Position numbers and translations under genes: made by a program. From Macrostomum lignano (taxonomy: Eukaryota), in contig NIVC01001259.1 in the NCBI GenBank assembly GCA_002269645.1, positions 124,001-188,000 on the forward strand: a stretch of DNA of 64,000 bases, in the 5' to 3' direction. Positions 11,201-23,697 of this stretch are shown here, piece after piece. The notes under the pieces are model-generated. The model had not been told where the DNA came from. It saw only the letters and a list, made by a program, of their open reading frames with translations, and searched no databases. Every line of letters begins with the position of its first letter. Position 1 is the stretch's first letter.

Positions 11201-12283
11201 CTGCCTGCAGGTTTGAGTTTTCAGAGGATGGTTGCCTCTCAGTGAGGTAACAAATGATTTATCCAGACAGACTTGCTTTTAAAAATTGCTGCAATTAATT
11301 TTAAAACAAAAAATCCGATTAGTTATTACACAATGAATAAAATCATGACTAGAATTATAACATGTTTACTTACTCTAACTCAGTCTTATTCTGTGCAGTA
11401 GGTCTGATGAGATGGCAGGTTTCACTATCCATTGTCTCTTTGAATGATTGGGAAGAATTGCAAGAAGCTCTATTTGCTTTGCCCATTGGCTGAAAAGAAG
11501 CAAATTATATAGCTCATAATAGTGTAATCTAGATGCACTAGCCATTTAGAATTAAATATACATCTATTAGAATTAACAATAGTTTTAAAATAATCATCAT
11601 ATCTTAGGGTACCTACTTAGGGTAGTATACCTACTTGAGTTTAATAGAAATAGGAAGTTTCAATTTCACAACTAGAGTGACATTTTTATTCCAGGTTAAA
11701 AACTATTGTCTAGAAATCATTTTATTCCTTTGCATCTGTTTACTTAATTTATATATTTTTTATTTTAAAGTTGAACCACTATATGCAACCACTGGCCAAC
11801 CAAGGTTAGGCAACAAAATTGATGACTTTTTACTTTGTTTATAAAAAAATTGCAAAAATACATACCATTTCTACTTTCAATTAAAACTAAGTTCAAGTTG
11901 CATGGCCAGTATAGTTTTAGAGGTTGCACATATATTGAACCTTAGGCTAATAATTATTTTGATCCATTTCAATACTTTTTTTAAACATCCTTTGACCTGA
12001 CCTATATCAGGATTTTTTTGTTGTTTGCAGGTTTGTTGTTGCTATGGTTTTTTAATAACTTCTGGAGATTGAATATCTTTAATTATTGGTTGAGATTGGT
12101 TGATATGTTAGTATATTATAGCTTTTAATTAACTCTCACTGCTTATAAACCTATTTTAGACAAGAAATTAAAATTTTTTATGCTTATATTTGATTTGATT
12201 TCATTTGCTATTGTGCCAGTGCTTAGTTTCTTCATGATTTTATAGGCTTACTTAGTTTTATACTCTTATTGTATGCTAAGCAG

Positions 12284-12471
12284 CAGGGGCATAGCCAAGG
12301 AGGGGGGGGGGTCATGGGGGTCATGACCCCCCCCCAGCTGGCTGATCCAGGCCAAATTTTCAGCTCCCCTCCCCCATTGCAGAGGCCTAGCCCCCTGCCC
12401 CTAGTTGCCGCTATGAGCCTATGACTGACTATGACCCCCCCTCCCCAAAGGAAATCCTGGCTATGCCACTA
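12284..12471. mobile_element. hAT-type MITE, 188 bp, perfect 8-bp TSD
   Basis: TSD CTAAGCAG at 12276-12283 and 12472-12479; TIRs CAGGGGCATAGCCAAGGA / TCCTGGCTATGCCACTA. Confidence 0.88.
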
Positions 12472-15400
12472 CTAAGCAGTCTTCAAACTTCTCTTTTTGG
12501 TTTTTTATCTACTGTTACTTGTTTGTCACTTCTTTGAATACTTTTCTATACTTGTACTCTTTGCTAGTAGCTTCATTGTCTCTATTTCTTTTCCCTTCCT
12601 TTGGCTTTTGGATCATTCTAGTTTTTTATTTTTTCTCAGCAGTTTTTTTAGAATATAGCAAAATGCCTTATATAGCTCTTATAGTTCTTGGTTCCAAAAT
12701 TTTCTTTTTATCTTCAGCTTTACCTTCAATGTTTTTATCTCCAAGTCATTGCCAAAATAGTGTATTGTAAATGCCATGTTGCTTTTCCTTAGACTATATC
12801 TATTTTAGAAATACTTACTTTTATAGGCCTATTCTTGATCAAGATAAAAAATGATAATCTTTTGATCACATAAAAAGAGCTTAACAAAGAAGCCAAGATA
12901 AAAGTAAAATATTATATATTTTGCATAAATAGTATATTCCTAGTATTTTATTTTATAATTTTAGTCCCTTTTATAGTTGAATATGGCTAGCCAATTTAAG
13001 CATTAACAACCTTGCCCTTTAGTCCTATGGCAGATTTAAGACTAGCTATAATAGGTAGTTTATTGGTAGGGCCTAATCTTTGATGGCCTCTTATGCCAAC
13101 TACCTTATATGCCTGCTATCCCTCTGCTACAACAGATACAAGCTTGCCCTATTGCAGCCAAGGTCTGAACTGCGCCGGATGCCCCCCTTTCCCGTGCCAG
13201 ACATCTACCTGTACCACGCCAGGGCCAGTCCCCAGGATCAGTGATTTGGTTCAATTAGTCAGTCAATGGCTCGCATCAATTGACGTTGACCTGGCCCTTT
13301 GTTGCCACGCGCCGCCGCCACACGCCACGCCACACCGGGCGCCGCCGCCACGCGCCGCGCCGCCGCCAGGCCAATCCGCGCCGGACGCCGTCCGCCAAAA
13401 TGCCCATGCACTACAATCAGGCAAGCTTGGAAGAACTGAGACAAGTCCTTTTCTTAGGTTTGAGCTCAAACTTTACTAAACTTGGCAGTGGAAAGCCTCC
13501 GCTTTTTCAATTGCATTTGTATTTATAACCTTTGGCATTATGCTTGGGGGCAATGTTAGGGTGGTGGCATGATATTTATTGCCCCACCTATCTTGGTTTG
13601 CTTTGCTTTTTTGTGTAGTTGGTTAGTTAGATGAATTAACATAAAGAGTCCCATAAAGTGCTTATACTAATTTATTTAAATTCCCTACATAAAAAATACT
13701 AAACAAGTGAACCAAAATAAACATAAATAAAAAAGGCATTTTGTCTGCTAAAATTCTTTGGCAGACGAAAAGGCGGCAGACAAAATGACCGCAGACCCAC
13801 AGGGTCTGCATGGCTATTTTAGTGCAGGGCGCAGGCAAATGGGTGGGTCTAACATTAAATATCTATGATATATTTGTAACAGTCTATTAGCATTTTGGAT
13901 GCTGATACTAGCTGCTAAATTGTTTATAATATGGGTATCACCCTATGCAACTGAAAACTAGTACTAGTTAGTAGTGATATTTGATACAAAGTCAACCATA
14001 CATTGGTTGGCTAGGTGCAGATCTAGAAAATTTTGAATGGGAGATGTTAGTTTATGAGAGAATCTTTTATTTTGATTGTTTATTCACATAAAATAAAAAA
14101 TATCAATATAAAATAGGCCTATCAAACTCAAGTCGTTGGCAATATATTACCTACTAGACAACTCTTAAAACTATAGCTGTTGCTACCTAGTACCTAGGAC
14201 TCAAAATATTTTTAGTATATTTGTTTTGTTATAAGAATTTGCTTGCTACATGCAAAAATATAGGTCCCATACATTTTATAATTATTACGTCTGATACAAA
14301 TTTATTTAACAGAATTTTAGATATATGTGTAAAAAGAAAAGAATCACAGAACTAACTATTATTTGGACAATACATAATGAATGTCGCAGAAAGGATTAGA
14401 CAGATTTCAGCTAGAACTGCTCTTATCCTCAACAGCTACGACTCTCATGACGAGTATCAACGTACATAATCATGGAACCTCTGGCTTTGGCCAAGCCCTA
14501 GCAACTGAACTTGGTATCTGACATCATCAAATTAGATCGAGCGAGCGAGCGAGCGAGCGCAGTACGAGAACTGATATGCACATTGTGAAAAATTTGTATT
14601 TTCGTGAAGTTTTAAAATTTACAGTTTCAACAAAAACTAATTTTTTGAGATGAATATTAACCAGTGTCGTTATTAAAAAAGTAAGCAGCAGACCTAAGAA
14701 AATAAAAAGCCTACAGAGCTGTTTTAGTCCAGAATGAACTTTATAAACAAAAAAATGCGCTAAATCATTTCTCTGAATAAACCAATTTTGGATAAAAAAC
14801 GTAGGCTGTACGTTGGACGGCGTATGTCTCTCGTAATCTCGTATTATGTGAAGAGGGTATTTAAGTAGCACCTCCCACCTCCTTTCCTGATGTAGCTCAA
14901 TTCAATAATTATAATCAGAAAGAAATCTCTCACCTCTTAATACATCAATACCTTGCTCTAAGTCTAAGCAACATTGTAAGTGTCAGAAGACATGTTTGAA
15001 AATGTGTCGGCAAAATTTAACTGTTATAACACTTTTTTCAGACATTTTTCAGATATTTTAAGTATTTTAAAAAAGTGTCGGAAGATGTGTCTAAAAAACT
15101 GTCAGCAAAATTTATTCAGGTACATCAATTTTGTTATACAATACCCAATAGAGAATAATAAAAATTGAAAAAGATAACCAATTGCAAAAATCCTACTCAT
15201 AACTTACTAGAGCCCAATTCTTATAATAATTTTTGTTATATACTTATATAAAACCCTAAATGCACAATTTGTTAATAATATATTGTAAAACAAAAGTTTA
15301 GTCCTATTGTTTATAGTATAAGCTAAATAATTTTAAGGTTCATATGCCAATAATTAGTTAGTTCATTAACTATTAAATTTTGCATCAATATCTTTACTGC

Positions 15401-15716
15401 TTTTTTCTATCTAAGAACTATAATGGCAATACCCTCTAATAACTTTGCTTGTTTATTCTGATAACTAGCTCTTTTGCATTGATTGAAATAGTGTCTAGAT
15501 GGGAAACAAAAAGGGTTTTGCTTAATTTGTTAGATTTAATATTTCTGTCTTCACTTTCATATATGATACTCTCGGCTCAATAGCCTAATCATCTCTAATT
15601 ATAAACATCATAGTATAAGCATTATGGAACAAAAGTGAATATAAGGATCCTATTCTTTAAAATTTTGTCTTCATTACCATTATATAATCTATAGTTCCCC
15701 AGTGAGCTCCGCGAAA

Positions 15717-15765
15717 CCCACAAACCCAAGGACACGCGCGAAGCGCGTGTCCTTGGGGTTGTGGG
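15717..15765. repeat. Near-perfect 23-bp-arm inverted repeat with GAA loop
   Basis: CCCACAAACCCAAGGACACGCGC-GAA-GCGCGTGTCCTTGGGGTTGTGGG, one mismatch. Confidence 0.85.
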
Positions 15766-18092
15766 GTGAGCGGAGCGAACGCGCGAGGCACAAAGTGCCG
15801 AGCATGAGGAACAAACAGCCAGCCAATGCGCAAAGCGCATTGGGTAGTCTGGCTTGTGACGAATATAATAATATGAGACGTGTGCATCAAAAAATTGACA
15901 AAAAATCTCACAAAAACTGCTGTAACTTCAAAACTACAAGAGCGAATTTCACAAGTGAGGTGTCATTTTAAAGAGAAGAATCTGATCTATTTAACGAGTA
16001 TAGTTTTGTATGAATTCACTGCGGAAAAAAGGAACAGGCTTCAGTTGAAATGTTTGTCTTAAGATTATGTCTTTACAAAAGTGCATTTCCTCATGCACAT
16101 TAAAGCTTGAGCTAAAAATGTTCGAGAGTTATAGGTGCGCCTTACTAAGATACATAACATTATTGGGTTGTTTTTTTCAATTGTAACAAAAAGTTGGCAC
16201 TTTGGTTGCAAAAAATGCAAAAATTGGGAATGTACTTTTACAGTTTTTTGCATTTCTTTTCTATACTGCTTATAGTTAAGCATACATACTATGCACCAAT
16301 TGATGCACAATTCAAAGATACACAAGTGTGGAAATTTTCAATTCTTAAACATTTGAAATCAGGAAGTTATCGACGAAAGACTAAAAATCATGATCTCAAA
16401 CTGCTTTGAGGAAAAGTGCTCATTATAATTTTTGGAATATGGAAGAAACAATTCAACGCCGTCATTTAATTCCAAACTAACTGTACTATAAAGTACTGTG
16501 ATGATTTTTTTATTGAAAGAGCGAAACTTGTTTAAATATTTGAAAAAATGGAAAAAAGTGACCTTTTTCATAGAAATACACTCTTTTGACTGCTTAATCC
16601 GATTTCCAACAACAAAATAGTTACTTTCCTGCTGGTGCAAACCGTTATTAGGGTGAATTTTCAAAATTGCATACTGTGCCAAAAGTAAATTGAAGCTTAA
16701 TATTTATAAACATTAGAAATGGGACCACTAATGGGTATTTTACTTTGGTTACTTACTATGGACTAAACTGGCACTGGCAGAGACAGATTTGAAAGAAACT
16801 AATCGCTCCATTGTATTTGGCTCCAGCGTTACAAATTACAATAGCTATTTCGGGGTCTAACCGGCTAAGTTATCAAAAAAGCTAGATACCAATCACCGGT
16901 TTCACCATCAGCTATACCTACCACGATTTTAGTCACATGCAATGCAACAGTAATACCCTCCTTTAAAAGTTTTCAATATCTAAAATGATGTGTTAAATTT
17001 CTTAAACAATTTCTTAAAATTCATAAACAGTGAAATTTTAGCTGGTTACGTGCTGGTGTTTTGAAAGAAGCTACTTTTGTGCGAAAATACAGTCATTAAT
17101 ACCTTACCTATTATTGCATTTATTGTATATGACCTATGAAAGTTGAAGCGTAAATTGTACTTTTCTAATTTTATTTTGTCATTCGTTTGCGCACTTGGGC
17201 CAGCCTGCCTGCCTTGTGGGGTGTGGTGGCCTTGGCCACTTTCTCTCCCTCTGTTAGGATCCAAACACACTTGAAAGCTTGCCTCAAGTGTACATTTAAT
17301 ATTATCGATCGATTATTTAAAACAAGCCTCTAGTGGTTGGTGTTGAGAGTGAGTGGCCTTGAGTGTACGCGAAAGCGAGAGGAAGCCCATGGGCGGACTA
17401 TATGAACCTTTTTTGTGGAAAGTTGGGCCTTGTGCATTGCATAGTGTACGCTACACAAGACAGAAGGTAAAAGAAAAAGAGAACGACAGGCTAGCCAATA
17501 GCGATAGCATGTGCTTCTCTCCAGTCCACTATGGTAGGGGGGGGGGAGGGGGTGTCAGATGGCCCAACTCTAACCCCCATACCCAAAACAGGGTACATGT
17601 AGAATAAGAAGGGATTGGGTCCAGATAAGTCTTTCCAATGTACATGTATGTACAAGGACAAACACTGACAAGAAAAATGGCTCTAAACCATTGTTATTGT
17701 TACACTGTGTGTGTCTATTTTTATTAACTTGACTTTGTCTTTGACTTGTCTTTACTCTTTAGCAAATTAGCATGGTCAAGGATAATTACTGTTACTTCAT
17801 ACCAAATGTACAATTAATTGCATAAGATTAAGAAGGAATAATACAATCGAAGTCGAACCCATGATCACTTGACCCACCCGGCACCCACCCATCACTTCTT
17901 ATTCTGGCTGGCCTAGCTACATGTATCTGCTATATATCCTGCCAGTTTCTCCAGTTTTATGGGTCTTGGGGACTCTTGGTGATTTGAGCAATTCCATTAC
18001 ATTTTATCGATACTTTGCACAACTGCAGTGCATCTATTAATGCTTAGCTACTTGTATTTGTGTTGTAGAACTTATGCCCGTAGTTTCCCTTC

Positions 18093-18841
18093 TAGGGATG
18101 TCGACCCCGGGGCCGGGAGTGCTCCCGGGGAGCTTTTCGGGGAATACTCCCCGGGGAATTGGACCAGGGACCATGGGGAGAAAAAAATATTTAAAAATGC
18201 ATTTGTAACTTAATTTTTGCCATTAAAATAAGAAAATGAATCACAGAAAGCTGATTGAAACTTTGTCTATATGCTCTATTACTGCATAACTGCTTATTTC
18301 AATGTATTACATGTATTTCAAACACAACACACGTTTGATTGTTTTTTCACTATTAGTCATTCAATCAAGCAAATTGCACGTAGAAAGAAACCCGTCAGGA
18401 AAAAGAAGCCTTACTACTGTGTTGGTCTGCATTGACGGCTTGACGCATAGCTGCATAGGGAGGTGTCATACATATACTCCCTATTAGACAAGGACAAAAT
18501 GGTGATTTACATATATCTGCAAGAAATAAAAATTCCGATTATAAAAACAGTCTCATTCATTAATTATCCTCTTACGAGCGTAGCTGTTGAGCATGCATTC
18601 CGACAAATTCACCTTTCTGACACGATTTCGTGATGCCACGTTGTCAAATACAGTTTTAAAAAACATTGTTTAAAGTTTTTACCCTTGCACGCCTTGAATA
18701 TCATAGGAATATGTAGTACAAAGCTTAAATCAAAGTTTAAAAAATTCCACTTACGATCCAAGTTATCCACCATTTTTACTTATTTTTTTCTTTTCACCGG
18801 GGTTCCCAATAAGATAATTTCCTGGGGAATCGACATCCCCA
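18093..18841. mobile_element. hAT-type non-autonomous element, 749 bp, perfect 8-bp TSD
   Basis: TSD TTCCCTTC at 18085-18092 and 18842-18849; TIRs TAGGGATGTCGA / TCGACATCCCCA; subterminal CCCGGG-like motifs at both ends. Confidence 0.85.
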
Positions 18842-19505
18842 TTCCCTTCCCATAAATCATTTGACGTTAGAGGCATTTTACAACTCTCGCCTTACTTTAT
18901 CTATTAGGTTAACTTTTATGTATGACAAGACACAAAATATTAGGAGCATCAGGATTAATAATGCCTTGGAAGTCCTTAAATAATCGATACAACACTAGGC
19001 ATTATAAAATTCCAACCCCAAAGCTCACTGGGGCGAAAAGACTTTGTCTTCATTAACTAGTTTTTTATTTTCAGGATTTCCATTTTTCTACATTTTCTAC
19101 TATTTTCTATTAGGTATTATACAACAAATTTGATCCAAAATGTAAGTATTGGAAGACAAAAATGCTTTGAAAGCTATCTAGGCCTATTTAGTGTTTAGCC
19201 TAGGCTAAAATATTAGATCCCCTTTGAGCTTTAGGTCAATGCTCAAAGCCTTTTGGCATTCTCTATGAGTCATAGCATTTAAGCAATCCCCCTATTGGTT
19301 ATAGTATAAGCCTTAGAATAAAGTCTAATATAGCATTAAATATTTTGTTAATAAAGTATTGCCTTTTTAAAAATGCTTAATTATTCTTTTATCTTGATAA
19401 TGTTAAAAATTAGAAAATTAAAAAAATATTAGCATATATTTATTTATATTAGTAATAAGAAAAATGTGGATTTTGCTGCAGGAATTTCCATGGAAAAATC
19501 ATGAC

Positions 19506-19548
19506 CCTATAGTGTGTGAACATAGGTGCTATGTTCACACACTATAGG
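19506..19548. repeat. Perfect palindrome, 20-bp arms and GTG spacer
   Basis: CCTATAGTGTGTGAACATAG-GTG-CTATGTTCACACACTATAGG. Confidence 0.9.
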
Positions 19549-19963
19549 CCCATAATCTCAGTAGACTCTGCCATAGGGAAAGCCTGTGGCCATGTGGCCA
19601 TATTGGGCGGGCCATGGGAGGTAAGGGATAACAAAGCACATGCTAGTATATGTACTGAAGGAAACTCATTATTGGCACCCACTCCACTCCATTGAGAAAG
19701 TATATAAGATAAGAGGTTTTTTTGAGGTTGGCTTCATGACAAAAGGATTTTTAGGGCATATTTTTTAAATTAAAGTGCAAGAATACAAGGGTTATTAGTA
19801 CCTAAGCTAGATTTTTATTTTGTTTAGGTCTTAAGTCTAGAGTACCAATTACCACAATGATTTTGATAAAAAAACTAGGCTAAGTATATAAGACAACTTG
19901 AATTCATGACTTAGTCTATTATATTTTAAAGTCAATATAATTTTTTTATCATTAAACTTAGTG

Positions 19964-20340
19964 AAAGGATGGGCAAACTCTGGCTTACAGGCTACATGCA
20001 AACTATAAAGCTTCTTTATCTAGCTTGTGGGTCCTTTGAAACTTTATATAAAAGTAATCTGGCCCACTAAAGGTTTATGACTATTTTTAGCTCTCTTTTC
20101 TAATCTTATCTCCTTTTTCTCTCTCATCTCTCTTATCTCCTTTCTCACTTCTTCCTTACCTTATCTCCTTTCTCCTCTCAGATCATCTTTTCTTTCCTCT
20201 TGTCTCCTTTCTTTTTCCTTAGTTCCCTTAGGTTCTCTTAGTTCTTCTTTCTTCTATCTCTTCTTTCTCTCCCCTCTGGCCTGTAGTCTTGCACTGGGTT
20301 ATCTATCTGGCCCTTGGGGTAAAAAAGTTTGCTGACCCTG
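19964..20340. mobile_element. hAT-type MITE, 377 bp, perfect 8-bp TSD, CT-rich interior
   Basis: TSD ACTTAGTG at 19956-19963 and 20341-20348; degenerate TIRs AAAGGATGGGCAAACT / AGTTTGCTGACCCTG. Confidence 0.8.
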
Positions 20341-20557
20341 ACTTAGTGACTACCATCATAGATAGATTATTAGCCTTTATAATTTAATCATTGCTGGCAT
20401 TGAAACCTATGCCAAAAGCATTCAATTCCAAAACCAAGGAGCTAAAATAAGAAGTGGGATATTTTATCAATACCAATTTGCAATAGCAAATCTCGTCAAA
20501 GTATTTATTTACCCAAATCTTTAGCCTCAATTCTATCTGCCAACAAATTGCAGAGCA

Positions 20558-22050
20558 ATGGAATTCCCAGAGCTTGGCCAGCACTGCGCTGATCAGTCCT
20601 GCAAACAGTTGGACTTTCTGCCACTTCGCTGCGACCTATGCCAGAATGTCTACTGCAAGCTGCACTTTGCCTATGCCAGCCACAGCTGCCCTCTAGCCTA
20701 CAAGAAGGAGAACCAGGTGCCCGCCTGCCCGCTCTGCTCCCGGCCAATCCCAGTGGCTCCTGGCGAAGATGCCAACGCTGTTGTTGGCAGGCACATGGAC
20801 ACCGACTGCAACTCGGAGCCGGCTCAGCGGCATCGGAAACGGGCTGGCCGGTGCTCAGCCGCCGGCTGTCGGACCCGCGAACTGGTGCCAGTGACCTGTC
20901 CGTCCTGCCGGCTGAACTTCTGCATCAAGCACCGGCTGGAGCAGGACCACGCCTGCGCTGGCTTTCAGGTCTGTCAGTTTGCAGGGAGCTTTGCAGGTGG
21001 ACATCAGATGGATGCGGTGGCAAGAGATTAGATGCTGTGTGAGGAGATTAGATGTAGTAGTTGGAAGAGATTCGATGCAGTGAGCGGGGATTAAATGCAG
21101 TGAGTGGAGATTATATACAGTGAGAAGAAATTAGATGCTGTGTGAGGAGATTAAATAGTTTGAGGAGATTAGATGCAGTGGGAGTAGATTAGATGCAGTG
21201 TGAGGAGATTACATGCAGTGTCAGGATATTAGATGGAGTGGGAGGAGATTAGATGCAGTGTAAGGAGATTAGATGCAGTGGGAGGAGATTAGATGCAGTG
21301 TAAGGAGATTAGATGCAGTGGGAGGAGATTAAATGCAGTGTCAGGATATTAGATGCAGTGGGAGGAGATTAGATGCAGTGTAAGGAGATTAGATGCAGTG
21401 TAAGGAGATTAGATGCAGTGGGAGGATATTAGATGCAGTGTTAGGAGATTAGATGCAGTTGGAGGATATTTGATGCAGTGGGAGGAGATTAGATGCTGTG
21501 TTAAGAGATTAGATGCAGTGGGAAATGAATGCGATTTAGCTGATAAATGAGACAGAATACAGGTGATAAATGTGGTTGGTAGAAGTGAATAAATAATTCA
21601 TCTTTTTTATTGGGGATCGAATTGGGATATCGGGATTATGTCCCATATTTTAAATAAATTTCTAATAATAACATTTTACAGAGCTCAGGTCGGGCAGTTA
21701 GCAACGCCGCAGCAGTTGCTAGGCAACAGCAGCACACGCAGCAGCAGCAGCAAAGACGCCAGTCCCCGCCAGCGGCTGCTCCGCAGGCGCCAAATCTGCT
21801 TGAGGCGCAGCGTGGCCTATCGGACCAGGAGGCGCTGCAGATGGCGCTGCGGATGTCCGCTGCCGAAGCTCCAGTTGGTGCCACCGCCGCGGCCTCCGCT
21901 GCCGAACAGCGCCGACGTCAGGAGGAGCTGGACAGGCAACTCGCCGAGTCTCTGCAGGCCAGCGAGAGACAGCAGCAGCGCGGCCAGCAGCAGCAGCAGC
22001 GGAACCAGCAGCACTCCGGCAGCGATGGCAATGGCTGCGCCATGTCCTAA
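20558..22050 (+). CDS. ZFAND2B: AN1-type zinc finger protein 2B-like (AIRAPL), 2 exons, 259 aa
   Basis: Exons 20558-20968 and 21682-22050 (phase 0). MEFPELGQHC...LDFLP two AN1 fingers; VCP-interacting motif RX5AAX2R (RAVSNAAAVAR); two UIM-like helices (LSDQEALQMALRMS, EELDRQLAESLQAS); C-terminal CaaX CAMS. Confidence 0.92.
21030..21522. repeat. 20-bp minisatellite (GGAGATTAGATGCAGTG[TAA/GGA])n filling the ZFAND2B intron
   Basis: Direct reading; degenerate at the 5' end. Confidence 0.93.
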
Positions 22051-23697
22051 GCTAGTTCACCCCTGTCGCTTTCATGACGTGTACTATCGGTTTTTTTGTA
22101 CTTTTGTCCTGATTGTAGTTTAAACGCCTTGCTTTGCTTTGATCTACGAGCGTAAATAGCTGTCAACATGGTGATTAACTGGGTCTTTTTGTCCTTTTTT
22201 GTGACTTCGGCTGTCTTGCTATCCTTTGCATATAAAAATTGGCCCATGAAGGTCAACCCCTAGGGCACAGAAAAAACAAATTGGACCTCAACTATCAGAT
22301 TTGGTCGTTTAATATCCGACTTTTAATGCTTCTTTCTGAGAACATTTTTTGCTTTGCTTTAACCCAATAGATGTGTGTCCGTTCGCCTGACCGCTAACTG
22401 TTCCCTCATTGCATGCATAATATCAATACATAACGATAACCTGATTTATGCCAATGTCACTTCGAATGTCTCATGTAATGTATGTATTATAATGTGTTTC
22501 TATTAATCCTATTCAGTGCATCGGTTCTGTTGTGCCATTGCACTTTTACTTGGCGATCAATTTTTTTCAATAATTAGGCTCTTATTTCCGGGTAGAAAGT
22601 TTCTGTTGCTTATAAAAATTCATGCAATTAATGCCTGGGCTTTTATTCCGTATCAGCGTGTGATATTGAATTTATAAATATATATTTATTATGATGAAAT
22701 CTAATGTATATGATTGCGACGCCTTATTTATGAACCTCGTCTTTGAGTTTTGATAATTAATTCAATCCTGACATTCATATAGCTTCATATAACTAGATGG
22801 GCCACTCAGCACATTTGCGTGTAAGCTACTTTCAGTTCAGTAGTAAATTAAACGGAAGCACTTTAATATATTTTTAAAGCCAAGGTTCATTTATTGGCTC
22901 TTACCCCCGCCCCCACTTAAAATTCCAACCGCGCCTTTTCACTCTACCCTCACCCCGCCCTCCCCCAATTTTAATTGCCTTTCTCGGAAATTCCAGCCTA
23001 AAGCTGCCATGTACATTTCAGTGGCCTGGCTAATGTACATTATTGCCGACCAATTAGCAAGTTGTGTGCGCCTGCAAGCTTGGGCTTCTAAACTTATCAG
23101 AGTCATTTCAGCTGGCTTATTTTATGAAATAGTTTAAGTATTCTTCTTTGCTACTGAACTGAAAGTAGAAAGCTGTTTTACTAAGTATATGGTATATCTA
23201 GTTGTTTTAGTATCTGTGGCTTTTGTTATTAAAACAATCTACAACTAAGCACACTACCTCTGATTGTGATGCCAAAGCCAGAAGAGTATTATACTAATAC
23301 ATTTTTCAATTCTAATCAAAGCACACTTATGAAAATGGCCAGGTGGCTCATTTCTTAGAAAATTTTTGAAGGCTCATTATGCGATGGTTTATCGCTGCAT
23401 TGATTTCATAAAACCTTTTACAAGCCATCAGTAGATTAGCATTTCGTCTGCTTCAAGGACTTTCTAAGAAATGAAGTTTATCGTACTACGTGCATGCAAG
23501 TTGTCCTTGATGAGAATTAATTAAAGAAAAAAGCCTGCGTTTAAAAGTTTTCTAAGAAACAAAGTTCTTGAATTTTATTGAGTGTTCAAATAATGTATTT
23601 ATTTTAACTGCGAGGATAATTGCGATCTGAAAGATGAGGATTTTATCCCAATATCTTCTACAGTCCCGACTTGTGTGCACTTTCCAGCTGAAATTTA

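Noticed and set aside
13735-13815. Small nested inverted repeats (CATTTTGTCTGC/GCAGACAAAATG; GCAGACCC/GGGTCTGC)
   Set aside because: No TSD or boundaries identifiable; probably a decayed repeat fragment, insufficient to call.
14527-18487. Numerous 60-115 aa ORFs in the AT-rich intergenic block
   Set aside because: No domain motifs, no splice-consistent structure, and composition unlike the real exons.
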